DNA of 64,000 bases from an uncultured Poribacteria bacterium (GTDB taxonomy: Bacteria > Poribacteria > WGA-4E > WGA-3G). The stretch is from assembly GCA_951813565.1 (NCBI GenBank), contig OX638351.1:2912001-2976000 (forward strand). The letters are read 5' to 3'. The notes beneath the pieces were generated by a model, which was given only the letters and a program-made list of their open reading frames with translations, had not been told where the DNA came from and did not search any database. Every line of letters starts with the position of its first letter. The stretch's first letter is position 1. A program made the position numbers and the translations under genes. This document shows positions 30,001-39,893 of this stretch, one piece after another.

Positions 30001-32532
30001 AATATTCCAATTCAATATAATTATAAACCGAACATTTATCTTTCTGGGACTTTGATTCGGTCGACAGATTCATTAGAAGAACACGCCCCGGCGCGTGCTT
30101 TCGGTATCATCCCACTGAAGCTGGACGCTAAACCCAACCGTCTCAATATTGAGTTTGATGTCCCAGAAGAAATTCGACCAAATAGCGATGTAAACGTCAA
30201 GTTTCGTGTGCGCGGTAGACAAAGCGCGTTCTCACATGTTACCATTGCTGCAGTGGATGAGGGGATACTTCAGTTAACCGATTTTCAAGCACCTGATCCG
30301 CACCGTTACTTCTACCGTCAGCGTGGGTTGAAAACACGCGCTTATGATCTTTACTCCGCGATTTTGCCTGAAATTGATGCTGTTTTGGGTGACTCCAGCC
30401 CGGGCGGAGATGCGGCAAGTCTTGCAAACGGACGGGGTAAACGGCTTAACACTGCCAGCGTCATGCGTGTGAAACCGGTATCGCTTTGGTCAGGTATTCT
30501 GAGAACAGATCGTTACGGGAGAGGAACAGCAAGTTTTCATATCCCGCAGTTCAACGGCACATTACGGTTGATGGCTGTCGCTTTTTCCAATGAATATTAC
30601 GGTTCTGCAGAGAAGTTTACAGTAGTACGTGAACCGGTAGTTTTAACGCCGACGTTTCCGCGTTTCCTCTCTGGAGGAGATCATATCCAATTTCCTATAA
30701 GCGTCCACAATGGTACTGGCAAAGATGGTAAATTCGATGTAGAAATTCAAGCGACAGGCGACGTTCAATTCTTCTCTTCAGGTCCAGTAGCGGAAGGTGA
30801 AGTCCAAGAACATCTTGTCAAAAAACAGGTGCAAATCGCTGCTGGCGGTGAGGAACAACTTATATTTGAACTGCTTGCCCACGATTCAATAGGTAAAGCC
30901 ACCTTTAAGTTGTCCGCTGTTGGGAACGACGAAAGCACACAGTTGACCGTCCAACTTCCACTCCGCTCAGCTGCGCCTCCAGTAACTGAAACAGGGCATG
31001 GAACAGTCAGTGTAGGTAATGCTGCAGATTTCGTTTTACCTTCGAATTTTATAGCCGAGTCCTCTGAATTTGCTCTTACCGTATCGCCGTTCCCCGCGAT
31101 TGAATTTGCCGGTGGAATTCGCTACCTGCTTAAGTACCCTTATGGGTGTCTTGAGCAAACCACAAGTAAAGTATTTCCGTTGCTCTATTATAGCGATGTT
31201 GCACGTGTTGTTGACCCAGAACTTGCCTCTGATGATCGAATTGACCACTACATCACTGCCGGTATCAACAAACTTGAAGGTATGCTCACGCCCCAACAGC
31301 ATTTCTCATATTGGCCGGGTGGAAGTTATATCAACCACTGGAGTAGTGTATATGCTTCACACTTTTTGGTTGAAGCGCGGAAGGCAGGCTACGAAGTCTC
31401 TGATCGTGTTTACAACGGATTGCTTAACGGGTTAAGGAATCAGGCAAAACAGATATCAAGCACGCAAAAGTCCGTTAATGATTCCAATAAATACAAAGTT
31501 GAACGAGCAGTTTATGCATGCTATGTGTTAGCAGCAGCGGGAGAACCTGAAAAAGGTGTAATGCACTATTTTAAAAATAATCTCCTTAGTAGTCTTACAA
31601 ACTACAGTCAGTTTCAATTGGCGGGTGCCTTCGCACTCAGTGGCGACTTAGAAACAGCGCTCTCTATGCTACCTATTTCTATTCCATCTCAAAATGGTGG
31701 AAACCGCCAATCCGGTCATAACTTCAATTCACCTACCCGATCACAGGCTATTATTCTTGACGTGCTGGCGGAAGTCAACGAAAACCATCCGTCAATTCCG
31801 ATGCTTGTTAGCAACCTTAGTAACGCTGCGTCTAAAAGAAAACGGTGGGGCACAACCCAAGAGAATGCGTTTGCTTTCCTTGCCCTCGGTAAAATCCTGA
31901 AAAAGCAAATGGATGGCAACTATACGGGTAGAATTACCCTTAATGGGACGCATCTTGCTGATTTCGATTCAACAACACCTTCAATTCGGTTAGCAAATAA
32001 GGATTGGGATGGGGTGCAAGTAAAGATATCTATTCAAGGTAAAGGTAATTGCTACTACTATTGGTCAGCATTCGGTATTCGTCGTGATTCCTATATTGAG
32101 GAGTATGATCGGGATTTAGAGGTGCGCCGCCGCTATCTTAACCAAGATGGAGTGCCTTATGATGGGGAATTTCGGCATGGCGATTTAGTGATAGCCGAGG
32201 TTACGGTGAAAGCACTTAACTGGAACCTTGAAAACGTCGTCGTTGTAGATATGTTACCAGCAGGCTTTGAAATAGAGAACGCGAGGTTAGCGTCTCGTGC
32301 AGGAATTCCGTGGTTGAAAGCACAGGATTTCAAGCCGGATTACGTTGATATTCGTGATGATCGACTTATCTTTTTCGGTGCATTCCCACGTCAGCGGGAG
32401 CGTAAATTTCACTACGCACTTAGAGCCGTAACCCGCGGGGAATTTACCTTACCCCCTGTTTCAGCAGAGGCGATGTATGATCCCGCGAATTCTTCGGTTG
32501 CTGGTAGTGGTAAGATCAAGGTGGTCGAGTAA
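27091..32532 (+). CDS. Bacterial alpha-2-macroglobulin
   Basis: RGVYRPGE, VEEFMPDR, AAVDEGIL, thioester YPYGCLEQ, DIRDDRL, AEAMYDP. Confidence 0.95.
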   Translation: MESKKLLIGIVAFLSLLVLIIGSLYINSLISGAKTRVIVKSITPKGEKVSPWADFTFTFSEPLVDNSLINTELPDRAVQFTPTVKGTARWIARDTVRFYLESPLAPSASYTVELASKLRQSSLGFAITGDRKFTFATEPFHIQSRRLEFKYTKTHAKAVGSITFNYPVNIADLRANLSIRLQENIEIPYTLQPQNGVAREIKLETEEIPRLLGNQNLKVRIEKGFKCTGGQIGLKEASIRSMTLTGRGTLGVTYANVRESSGRPHIKLRFSSPIPVDTVQPYIHIKPELNTQIITRYGELEIHGDFKRRSKYEVTVQEGLTAPDGSVLRKPYSVRLTIPDVRPQVRFVGKGFFLTRNQNMNLGLATTNVHNVKVQIEKVFGNNLVYASKVRNWGSWTENLGKPIHSGTLAITSKLNEEVTTPIDLGQYLNDKHVGIFKVNVQGNNDYWLRATQWVMLTDIGTVAKRSGDELWVWVNSLSDLKPISQATVKLISDNNQTLLSGKTNWQGFIKFSAVAQKTDGFTPFMLTVEKGNDLSFIQFNRHQLSTGDFNVGGSAYLATGYEAFLYTSRGVYRPGEKVSLAAIVRGKRNTTPPSLPTNIQILAPDGRVINDFKQNTDRRGGCEVTIPLPAYAQTGSYIAKMNVAGKEIGRVPFQVEEFMPDRMKVTVAAEKSEYDLGAEVVMDVSAVNLFGPPAANRKVKAAYALEAVPYVPTDKWRSFHFASAIPFEKQRITLEETKTDAEGKVQYKILLPETVKAPSQLNAVLTATVSEPGGRAVTAAHRVVVHPYSHYIGIKRSSSGRIKRNQDVSFNYIALDKNGNAIAGRDLGLTVYKVHWNTILRRNARGRYEYVSDDQLTTLESHQLISTAEIGTFTFTPSEYGQYRIHIEDIASGAKTELKVETTGWGNVPLSMENPNLLEMTLDKPAYQPGETAKLQIKAPFPGKLILTMEREKILSYRTVNLRGNTASLNIPIQYNYKPNIYLSGTLIRSTDSLEEHAPARAFGIIPLKLDAKPNRLNIEFDVPEEIRPNSDVNVKFRVRGRQSAFSHVTIAAVDEGILQLTDFQAPDPHRYFYRQRGLKTRAYDLYSAILPEIDAVLGDSSPGGDAASLANGRGKRLNTASVMRVKPVSLWSGILRTDRYGRGTASFHIPQFNGTLRLMAVAFSNEYYGSAEKFTVVREPVVLTPTFPRFLSGGDHIQFPISVHNGTGKDGKFDVEIQATGDVQFFSSGPVAEGEVQEHLVKKQVQIAAGGEEQLIFELLAHDSIGKATFKLSAVGNDESTQLTVQLPLRSAAPPVTETGHGTVSVGNAADFVLPSNFIAESSEFALTVSPFPAIEFAGGIRYLLKYPYGCLEQTTSKVFPLLYYSDVARVVDPELASDDRIDHYITAGINKLEGMLTPQQHFSYWPGGSYINHWSSVYASHFLVEARKAGYEVSDRVYNGLLNGLRNQAKQISSTQKSVNDSNKYKVERAVYACYVLAAAGEPEKGVMHYFKNNLLSSLTNYSQFQLAGAFALSGDLETALSMLPISIPSQNGGNRQSGHNFNSPTRSQAIILDVLAEVNENHPSIPMLVSNLSNAASKRKRWGTTQENAFAFLALGKILKKQMDGNYTGRITLNGTHLADFDSTTPSIRLANKDWDGVQVKISIQGKGNCYYYWSAFGIRRDSYIEEYDRDLEVRRRYLNQDGVPYDGEFRHGDLVIAEVTVKALNWNLENVVVVDMLPAGFEIENARLASRAGIPWLKAQDFKPDYVDIRDDRLIFFGAFPRQRERKFHYALRAVTRGEFTLPPVSAEAMYDPANSSVAGSGKIKVVE

Positions 32533-32639
32533 TTTTGTGAGCAAGATTCATATTTATTTTACGCTTAATTCGTAGGGCAAAGCATGGAAGATTGGAGGGT
32601 TTTCCTCTTCCATCCAATCTTCCATCATAATAGTTAACG

Positions 32640-35066
32640 ATGAAACTGACAAAATCCTATCTTTCCCATTTGTTGACTCCTCTACTTCTCAAATTTGTAA
32701 AAACCTTAAAGAAAAGGTGGTATATCTTCGCGTTACCGCTGATCCCAATCTGTCTCTTTTTGCTTGTTAATTGGTGTTTCCCACTTCCCAAGGAAAAACT
32801 TCAACCTCCAACATCAACTGTTGTGCTTGACAGAAATGGTGAATGGCTTCGCGCTTTTACCGCGCCAGACGACATGTGGCGGTTGCCTGAAACATCCCTT
32901 GATGCTATCTCTCCTCGATTCCAAACAGCTATGCTAACTTATGAAGACCAGTGGTTTTACCATCATTGGGGTATCAATCCGGTTGCACTCACAGGTGCCG
33001 CATTTGACAATCTCAAAGCAGGCAAAATTGTGCGCGGTGGTTCTACGATCACTATGCAATTAGCAAGACTTATGGAGCCAAAGGATCGCACTTTGCCGAA
33101 TAAACTCATCGAAATGTTTCGTGCGCTTCAACTGGAACTGACCTACACGAAATCGGAGATTTTGACGTACTACTTCAATATGTTACCCTATGGTGGAAAC
33201 ATTGTCGGTTCAGCTGCAGCATCACGCCTTTATTTCAATAAACCGCAAAGCGCGCTCAGCCTTGGAGAAGCTGCGCTTTTAGCAGCAATACCGAATTCAC
33301 CGGAACGCTTACGGCCTGACCGATTTCCTGAACGTGCGCGTAAAGCGAGGAAAAAGGTGTTGCTACGCATGAAAGACGCTGGAGAAATATCCGAACAACG
33401 ACTCCAAGAAGCACTACAAGAACCGATTCCAGCGGAACGATATCCGCTCCCTTTCAAGGCACCACACCTTTCTCGACTCCTTACTAACAAACAATCATCT
33501 ATTGTATCTGAACATGTCGAGAATCAGTGGATACACACGACAATAGATCAACGTTATCAAGATACCGCTGAACGTATTTTGCGTGAACGCCTACGACCAT
33601 TGCAGGGACAAGGTGTCTCAACTGGCGCAGTTGTTATCATTGATACGAAAAGCCACGAAGTGCTTGCAATGGTCGGGTCACATGATTTTTTTGATAAGCC
33701 GTCTGCAGGGCAAGTCAACGGTACGCTTGCACTACGATCCCCCGGTTCAACGCTCAAACCCTTTATCTACGCGCTCGCAATTGATAAAGGACTTATAACC
33801 CCACAAACATTGGTATTTGATGTGCCGGTTGATTATGTCGGATATTCGCCTGTGAATTATGATGAAAAATTCACAGGATATATTACGGCCCGAGAAGCGT
33901 TAGCACGTTCCCTCAACGTGCCTGCTGTCAATCTTTATGCAAAGATGGGGAAAAATCAACTTTACGGTTTTCTTAAACAGGCGGGTATTTCTACCTTGTC
34001 CGATCAAGAAGAATATGGGCTTTCGCTTATACTTGGGGGATGCGGTATCAATCTGCTTGAATTGACAAATCTCTACGCGGGATTAGCAAATATGGGTGAG
34101 TTTGCACCATATCACTTGATAGTAAACAGAGATACAAAAGGTAAAAAAAGAAAAAAGGCATCTACCTCGCGCCTATTGCAACCAGAGACCAGTTGGATTG
34201 TTACTGAAATGTTGACGACCTTGAAACGCCCCGATTTTCCCGAATCTTTTGAGCATACTGGTACTATGCCGAGGGTAGCATGGAAAACAGGCACGTCTTA
34301 TGGACACAGAGATGCGTGGAGTATCGGCTATTCACCAGAACTGACTATTGGTGTATGGATCGGCAATTTCAACGGTACTGGCGCACCTATTCTCAGTGGA
34401 GCTGAAGCAGCAGCGCCGATTCTTTTCGCACTTTTCACAGCACTTTCAGGAGAAAAGGCGCATCAATGGTTTACAGAACCTGCCAACCTCAAAACCCGTT
34501 TAGTCTGTGCCCTCACCGGTCTGCCTGTGTCCCCTCACTGTCTAACATCTGTTTCAGACATATATATTCCCGGCGTCTCCGCTGTACGTGAGTGCCACAT
34601 ACACAAAAGTATTCAGGTTGATATAGCTACAGGTGAACGCCTCTGTTCATCGTGCCGACCCGGAAGGCAGTTCCGTGAAGAAACGATTGCGTTGTGGCCC
34701 GCAGAGGTGGCGACATGGTTAAATGCAAACGGATTTGCTGTATCTGAACTTCCAGCACATAATGCCGATTGCACTCGTCCACTTGCTGGCACACAACCAG
34801 TTATTCTGTCTCCAGCACGCGACACTGTGTATAAAATCCGTTCTAACGTTCCAACAGAATATCAAAAGATTCGGTTGTCTGCTTCAGTTTCGGGTGATAC
34901 GCAGGAGATTTTCTGGTTTCTGAATGGTGAACTTATTTTCAAAGGACAAGCGGTGGAACCTACTTTCCTAACCCCTGTCGTCGGAAAACATGAATTGACC
35001 TGTATTGATGGTGCTGGCAGGTCAACGAGTCTTCCTCTTACGATTACCGCGTCGAAACAGAAATAG
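32640..35066 (+). CDS. pbpC: Penicillin-binding protein 1C
   Basis: Transglycosylase EDQWF/GGSTITMQLAR; transpeptidase STLK, SLN, KTG; lies directly after A2M. Confidence 0.93.
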   Translation: MKLTKSYLSHLLTPLLLKFVKTLKKRWYIFALPLIPICLFLLVNWCFPLPKEKLQPPTSTVVLDRNGEWLRAFTAPDDMWRLPETSLDAISPRFQTAMLTYEDQWFYHHWGINPVALTGAAFDNLKAGKIVRGGSTITMQLARLMEPKDRTLPNKLIEMFRALQLELTYTKSEILTYYFNMLPYGGNIVGSAAASRLYFNKPQSALSLGEAALLAAIPNSPERLRPDRFPERARKARKKVLLRMKDAGEISEQRLQEALQEPIPAERYPLPFKAPHLSRLLTNKQSSIVSEHVENQWIHTTIDQRYQDTAERILRERLRPLQGQGVSTGAVVIIDTKSHEVLAMVGSHDFFDKPSAGQVNGTLALRSPGSTLKPFIYALAIDKGLITPQTLVFDVPVDYVGYSPVNYDEKFTGYITAREALARSLNVPAVNLYAKMGKNQLYGFLKQAGISTLSDQEEYGLSLILGGCGINLLELTNLYAGLANMGEFAPYHLIVNRDTKGKKRKKASTSRLLQPETSWIVTEMLTTLKRPDFPESFEHTGTMPRVAWKTGTSYGHRDAWSIGYSPELTIGVWIGNFNGTGAPILSGAEAAAPILFALFTALSGEKAHQWFTEPANLKTRLVCALTGLPVSPHCLTSVSDIYIPGVSAVRECHIHKSIQVDIATGERLCSSCRPGRQFREETIALWPAEVATWLNANGFAVSELPAHNADCTRPLAGTQPVILSPARDTVYKIRSNVPTEYQKIRLSASVSGDTQEIFWFLNGELIFKGQAVEPTFLTPVVGKHELTCIDGAGRSTSLPLTITASKQK

Positions 35067-35263
35067 GCTATTCCGCTAATCCCTTCCTTTAGATCTCCTT
35101 AAACAGTTGAATGTTCTCTCAATCTTCAGAGCATTCAACTGTCACAAAGCATCTTTGTTGGAGGGGTTTCTAACCCCGAATTTTCATGCTGGGTATCTGA
35201 AATCCAAATCAACGATGAATGCGCGTATGGCATTCATCGGGGTTGGAAACCCCTCCAACAATA

Positions 35264-36720
35264 GGGTGTGTAAAGTTTTTGGCATGAATATCACGCTGCT
35301 TTTGTGTTTGTATACCAATAATTATTCCATGCTTCATTTTTCAACAAACACCTCCACTTCAGCACAGCATTGATACCCGGTTTCTCCCATCTCATAGCAG
35401 CTTGTTTGCATCTTTGTCCGACAACATGTTTACACGCACTTTCAATCACACCACTGCCAATCTGATACCCTTTTTCTCTAAACGCTTTATACTGCATTCG
35501 CTTCGCGTGTTTTTCGAAATACCGCGCTTCTCTTTCTAAAATATCCGATACTTCCGGGGTCTGTGTGTCTAAGCCACGAATGCGTGCGGCTACTTCTGTA
35601 ATGTTGCCATCATAAAGGATAGGTTCTGTCGTTTTTACCCAGTCTTGTATCGCCTCTGTTTCAGTCTCTCCGAACGCAACTTTAGCAACATCATATAGAT
35701 GAGACTTCGCATGCATATAATCCACAATCTCTACAGCATTGGGGAAGTATTCATCCGCTAAGTTCCATATCCACGCTGCACCATCACCAAGAAACACAAT
35801 CTCTTGCGTATCTATCGCTTCTTGGTAGATGCCACTATTGGTTGCTAACGCATATAACTCCTTACCAAAATGTGCCGCATCATTACGCGTTGCGACATAA
35901 CGGATACTTGTCTCTCTCGCACTTGACACCGCATCAGAACCACATTGTGGATAATCTCTGTAAACACAACCGACTTTTGTCTCTTTCCACCCATCAGGGG
36001 AGTTGGTATGACACCCATCACAACTCACATGCCATCGCTCATTTTCTGCGAGTTTTTGAGGTGCCACTTGTTCACAGACGCTCAAATCTTCTGACCATTC
36101 ACTCACTTTGTGTTGGAGCGTCGTGTGGCTGACTTCTATACCTTGATGCGACAACTCCGATGCCGCTTCTCTATAGTCAAGAAGGGCAGACAGACGACAC
36201 ATCGCTTCAGCAACACGACGCGTGTATTGACCCAATAACTTCTGTTTGACCTCCCACGGCGCGTGACGATGTCCTTGTTCACAACAATACACCCAACGAT
36301 TTACGCTTGTTTTTCCACAAAGTGTTGTGAAATAACGCGCACGCATACGCAATGGACGACAAAGTTCTTGACACGCTGGACATTCAACTGGTTCACGCTC
36401 TTTCTTATTTGACTTTTTAGAAACACACATTTCTAAAAACTTTTGTTTAAAAGAACAAAATGCTTCGGAAACACGGACTTCAACATCACCTAAAGATAAA
36501 CCCTCGTCAGAATTGATGTCTACATAAAGATCGTTGATCTCTTTTACAAACTCGTTAAAATCTGCTTTGTAATCGTTGCCTTCACAAGGACTTAATGATA
36601 TACTTGGCATTGGTATCCTCTCCTATAATAGTGATAATTATTAGGGTAGGATACCATTTATATACATTTTCTACAAGAACTCCATTCATTTCAATTTCAT
36701 GCCAAAAACTTTACACACCC
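35264..36720 (-). mobile_element. ISKra4/ISLre2-type insertion sequence (1457 bp)
   Basis: Perfect 25-bp TIRs GGGTGTGTAAAGTTTTTGGCATGAA; 9-bp target duplication CCAACAATA (35255-35263 and 36721-36729). Confidence 0.92.
35291..36610 (-). CDS. ISKra4/UPF0236-like DDE transposase
   Basis: SCDG, LGDGAAWIW, DYMHA, GSGVIESACKHVVGQRCK..MRW. Confidence 0.9.
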   Translation of the reverse strand: MPSISLSPCEGNDYKADFNEFVKEINDLYVDINSDEGLSLGDVEVRVSEAFCSFKQKFLEMCVSKKSNKKEREPVECPACQELCRPLRMRARYFTTLCGKTSVNRWVYCCEQGHRHAPWEVKQKLLGQYTRRVAEAMCRLSALLDYREAASELSHQGIEVSHTTLQHKVSEWSEDLSVCEQVAPQKLAENERWHVSCDGCHTNSPDGWKETKVGCVYRDYPQCGSDAVSSARETSIRYVATRNDAAHFGKELYALATNSGIYQEAIDTQEIVFLGDGAAWIWNLADEYFPNAVEIVDYMHAKSHLYDVAKVAFGETETEAIQDWVKTTEPILYDGNITEVAARIRGLDTQTPEVSDILEREARYFEKHAKRMQYKAFREKGYQIGSGVIESACKHVVGQRCKQAAMRWEKPGINAVLKWRCLLKNEAWNNYWYTNTKAA

Positions 36721-36746
36721 CCAACAATAGTGAAACTTGACAATTA

Positions 36747-36856
36747 TAGTAAAATCCAATAATATGTTCACATTTCAATGAACAGCAATTCCCACACGCA
36801 TGCGCTGGCGAGGTTTCCTAACCTCGCCAATGTAAAGGTAATTGTGAATTTTACTA
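36747..36856. mobile_element. 110-bp IS630-type MITE (copy 2)
   Basis: TA-flanked; colinear with 21176-21285. Confidence 0.8.
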
Positions 36857-36945
36857 TAAATGGCTCTGTTCAATCTTCAAAACATTATGTTTTTAACATG
36901 TTTTGTGGTAAACTATCAGAAATTACGGTGCAAAGGAACTTGAAC

Positions 36946-38985
36946 ATGAAAGTCTCACGTATCATTTTTGTAATACTGGAAGTTGTATTCGCCATCATTG
37001 CGGTGGCTATATTGGTTCGTTGGATAACGAATCGGGATTCAACCGAATTGTTACCTCAGCCATCAAATGTTGAGTATACTCGATGGGAGTTGCCAGAAGG
37101 CGCGAAAGCACGTTTAGGCAAAGGCAGCATAAATGACATCAAGTTTTCATCGGATGGGACTCGGTTTGCAGTTGCAACCACTATCGGTGTTTGGATGTAT
37201 GATGCAAAGACTGGGAAAGAAATTTCCTTATTCAAAGGGGAGAGACAAGACATTAAAGGTATTGCTTTTTCAGCGGGCGGGAGTGTGATCGTTGGGGCAA
37301 ATTCTACGGGAGGGATACCGCGATGGGATACAATTACTGGAGAACTTCACACCATTCTTGCAGATGAAAAGGTTAAAACCTTAAAATCAGCGGTCTTCTC
37401 TGAAGATGGAGCGAAACTTGTTAGTGTAGGTAGGCATGATAAAATTCACGTGTGGAACCTCGGGGACGAAACAACATCACCAAGTATTACAGACATAGAT
37501 CCGAACTTTAAAAACGGACAGCTCACAGTTACTGCACTTTCACCAGATAGCCGTTTTCTTGCAACCGCAATACATGAATGGAAAAAAGTTTATCCAATTC
37601 AAATGTGGAATGCTGATACAGGATCCCATTTGTTATCATTGACAGGGCATTCACAAAGGATCAAATCCTTAGCTCTTTCACCTGACGGAAAAACACTGGC
37701 AAGTTGTGATTATGAATCAATTCATTTGTGGGACGTGGACACTGCTACACGTCGGGCAACTTTCAAAGCACCAGGTACAGGTTTCTCTGTGTTGGCTTTT
37801 TCACCGAATGGCAAATTACTTGCGAGCGGTTGTAGTGATGGGAGTGTCCGTTTGTGGAATGCGACTGCTGAACAACGTGGATTAGGTGGAAAAGTAGGTC
37901 AATATCTCTCTACCTTAATGCTCAAGAAACATAAAAACGAGGTCTCTGCGTTGGCATTTTCGCCGGATGGGAAAATGCTCCTTACTGGCAGCGACGATGG
38001 AACAATTCGAGCATGGGACTCAATCACTGGTCGTCAACAATTCGCATGCCCAGGACATACAAGCGAAATCTCAGGGTTAGCCGTTTCTGATGGCGGAAAA
38101 GCATTAGTTAGTGTTCATTCATGGGAAAATCAACTACTGCGTTGGGATATTAATGTAGGGCACCATCTATCAGGATACTACTTCAGAAATAAAAAGCCAA
38201 AAGCAATTTCATCGGATGGTAAAATACTTGCTATTAAGGATTGGAATGCAAAAAATACGATAAAATTGTGGAATCCGTCCAAAAAACGTATTAAAGCTAC
38301 TTTAAAGGGGCATGAAGATTCGCCGGCGAAAATTCCGAATTTCGAATTTTCTTTAGATGGTAATAAGTTAGCAACTACAGATTCGCAGCAGGAAATCAGT
38401 TTAATTCATCTGTGGAATATTTCAAATCAGTCACAACCTTTCTTGAAAAGACTTTTCTTGAATTCCAAAACAGTACGTCCGATTTATACACTTAAAGGTG
38501 CGGGGTTTGTATTAAGGTTCTCACCAGACGGAAAAAGGTTGGCAAGCGGCGGCAGTGACCGCACAATACGCTTGTGGGAAGTGGAGACAGGTAACGCACT
38601 TTTTACACTTACAGGACACAAACAAACAATCAGAGCGTTAGCATTCTCACCGGACGGAAAAATTCTTGCAAGCGGAGAAAATTATCGGACAATTTATTTA
38701 TGGGACGTAACAATAGGTCAGCAGATAACTAACAGTCAAACTGCGGAAACTGCGAAAATTCTGCGATTTTCGCCAGATGGTAAAATTGTTGTAAGTGGAA
38801 CTCACAGCGGTAAAATCCAATTGTTGGACGCACACACACTTCGGCTTTTATCTACACACATAGGACACACCAGTTGGGTTAACGCATTGGTATTTATAGA
38901 GGACGGAAAGACCTTAGCCAGTGCAAGCAGAGATGGCACTATTCTGCTGTGGGATTGGGAGAAAATAGCGCAAGTAAATAATTAA
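36946..38985 (+). CDS. Membrane-anchored WD40-repeat protein
   Basis: N-terminal TM helix; LPEGAKARLGKG; many AFSPDGK..LASG..IRLWD repeats. The track's longer N-terminus is MITE-derived. Confidence 0.9.
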   Translation: MKVSRIIFVILEVVFAIIAVAILVRWITNRDSTELLPQPSNVEYTRWELPEGAKARLGKGSINDIKFSSDGTRFAVATTIGVWMYDAKTGKEISLFKGERQDIKGIAFSAGGSVIVGANSTGGIPRWDTITGELHTILADEKVKTLKSAVFSEDGAKLVSVGRHDKIHVWNLGDETTSPSITDIDPNFKNGQLTVTALSPDSRFLATAIHEWKKVYPIQMWNADTGSHLLSLTGHSQRIKSLALSPDGKTLASCDYESIHLWDVDTATRRATFKAPGTGFSVLAFSPNGKLLASGCSDGSVRLWNATAEQRGLGGKVGQYLSTLMLKKHKNEVSALAFSPDGKMLLTGSDDGTIRAWDSITGRQQFACPGHTSEISGLAVSDGGKALVSVHSWENQLLRWDINVGHHLSGYYFRNKKPKAISSDGKILAIKDWNAKNTIKLWNPSKKRIKATLKGHEDSPAKIPNFEFSLDGNKLATTDSQQEISLIHLWNISNQSQPFLKRLFLNSKTVRPIYTLKGAGFVLRFSPDGKRLASGGSDRTIRLWEVETGNALFTLTGHKQTIRALAFSPDGKILASGENYRTIYLWDVTIGQQITNSQTAETAKILRFSPDGKIVVSGTHSGKIQLLDAHTLRLLSTHIGHTSWVNALVFIEDGKTLASASRDGTILLWDWEKIAQVNN

Positions 38986-38990
38986 CATTC

Positions 38991-39359
38991 TCACTGCCGA
39001 AACACCGCCATTATCAAACATCCCCACCCAGCAATAAATGCTAATCCGCCAATCGGTGTAATTGCACCAAGCCAAGGGGTGTTCGTCAAACTAAGAATAT
39101 AAAGACTACCTGAAAAGATGAGGATGCCAGCAACAAAACACCATCCCGCCGCTGTTGTCAGTGAGTTTTGCCATTGCGACAACGCCCACGCCACGACAAT
39201 CAACCCTATTCCGTGATACATTTGATACCGCACGCCAACTTCAAATATGTCTAACATCTCCTTGGATAGTTTCTCCTTAAGTGCGTGCGCACCGAAAGCG
39301 CCGAATACCACACCAAGTAAACTGAATGCTGAACCGAGTGCAAAGAAAAAGTTTTTCAT
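38991..39359 (-). CDS. DUF423 (YgdD/TMEM256-like) membrane protein
   Basis: GAFGAHAL, YQMYH, IFSGSLY, ITPIGG. Confidence 0.9.
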   Translation of the reverse strand: MKNFFFALGSAFSLLGVVFGAFGAHALKEKLSKEMLDIFEVGVRYQMYHGIGLIVVAWALSQWQNSLTTAAGWCFVAGILIFSGSLYILSLTNTPWLGAITPIGGLAFIAGWGCLIMAVFRQ

Positions 39360-39435
39360 AGTTCCTGCCTTTCATAAGTTTATGGTAATAGTCCATTATA
39401 ACCGATACAGATAGAATTTTGGTAATAAATTCCTA

Positions 39436-39739
39436 CTATAGTTTGGACAATTTTTCATACGTGAGTTCAATATAAGAGATCGGTTTATACATCTGTTAAC
39501 AATTCTGACGCAACACATAAAACAGAAACCCTCTTTGCTCCAGCGGAGCAATATGTTTATAGCAACAGTATTAACCGTCATCTCCGCTCCAGCGGAGCGG
39601 TCCGTAGTGAAACTGACACATAGCACTCCGCTGGAGTGCAGCATTTTCGCGGTTTCCACTGATATGAGAAACTTGCAAAAAAAATAGATCCTCCGTTGAA
39701 AACGCAACTATCACTGAACAAGAATTGTCCAAACTTTAG
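39436..39739. mobile_element. 304-bp MITE with 10-bp target duplication
   Basis: TSD TAAATTCCTA (39426-39435 and 39740-39749); TIRs CTATAGTTTGGACAAT / ATTGTCCAAACTTTAG; internal GCTCCAGCGGAGC palindromes. Confidence 0.82.
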
Positions 39740-39893
39740 TAAATTCCTAATACACGACCTTTTAAACTAACGCGAATTTCCCTTTATTACGGATTTTGTT
39801 GAAATTTTTTTGTCATATATGCTAAAATAGTATATCTTAATAACGGCATAGTTGACCTATTCCGTGTGGTTACAAAGGAGAACTTAGTAGAAG

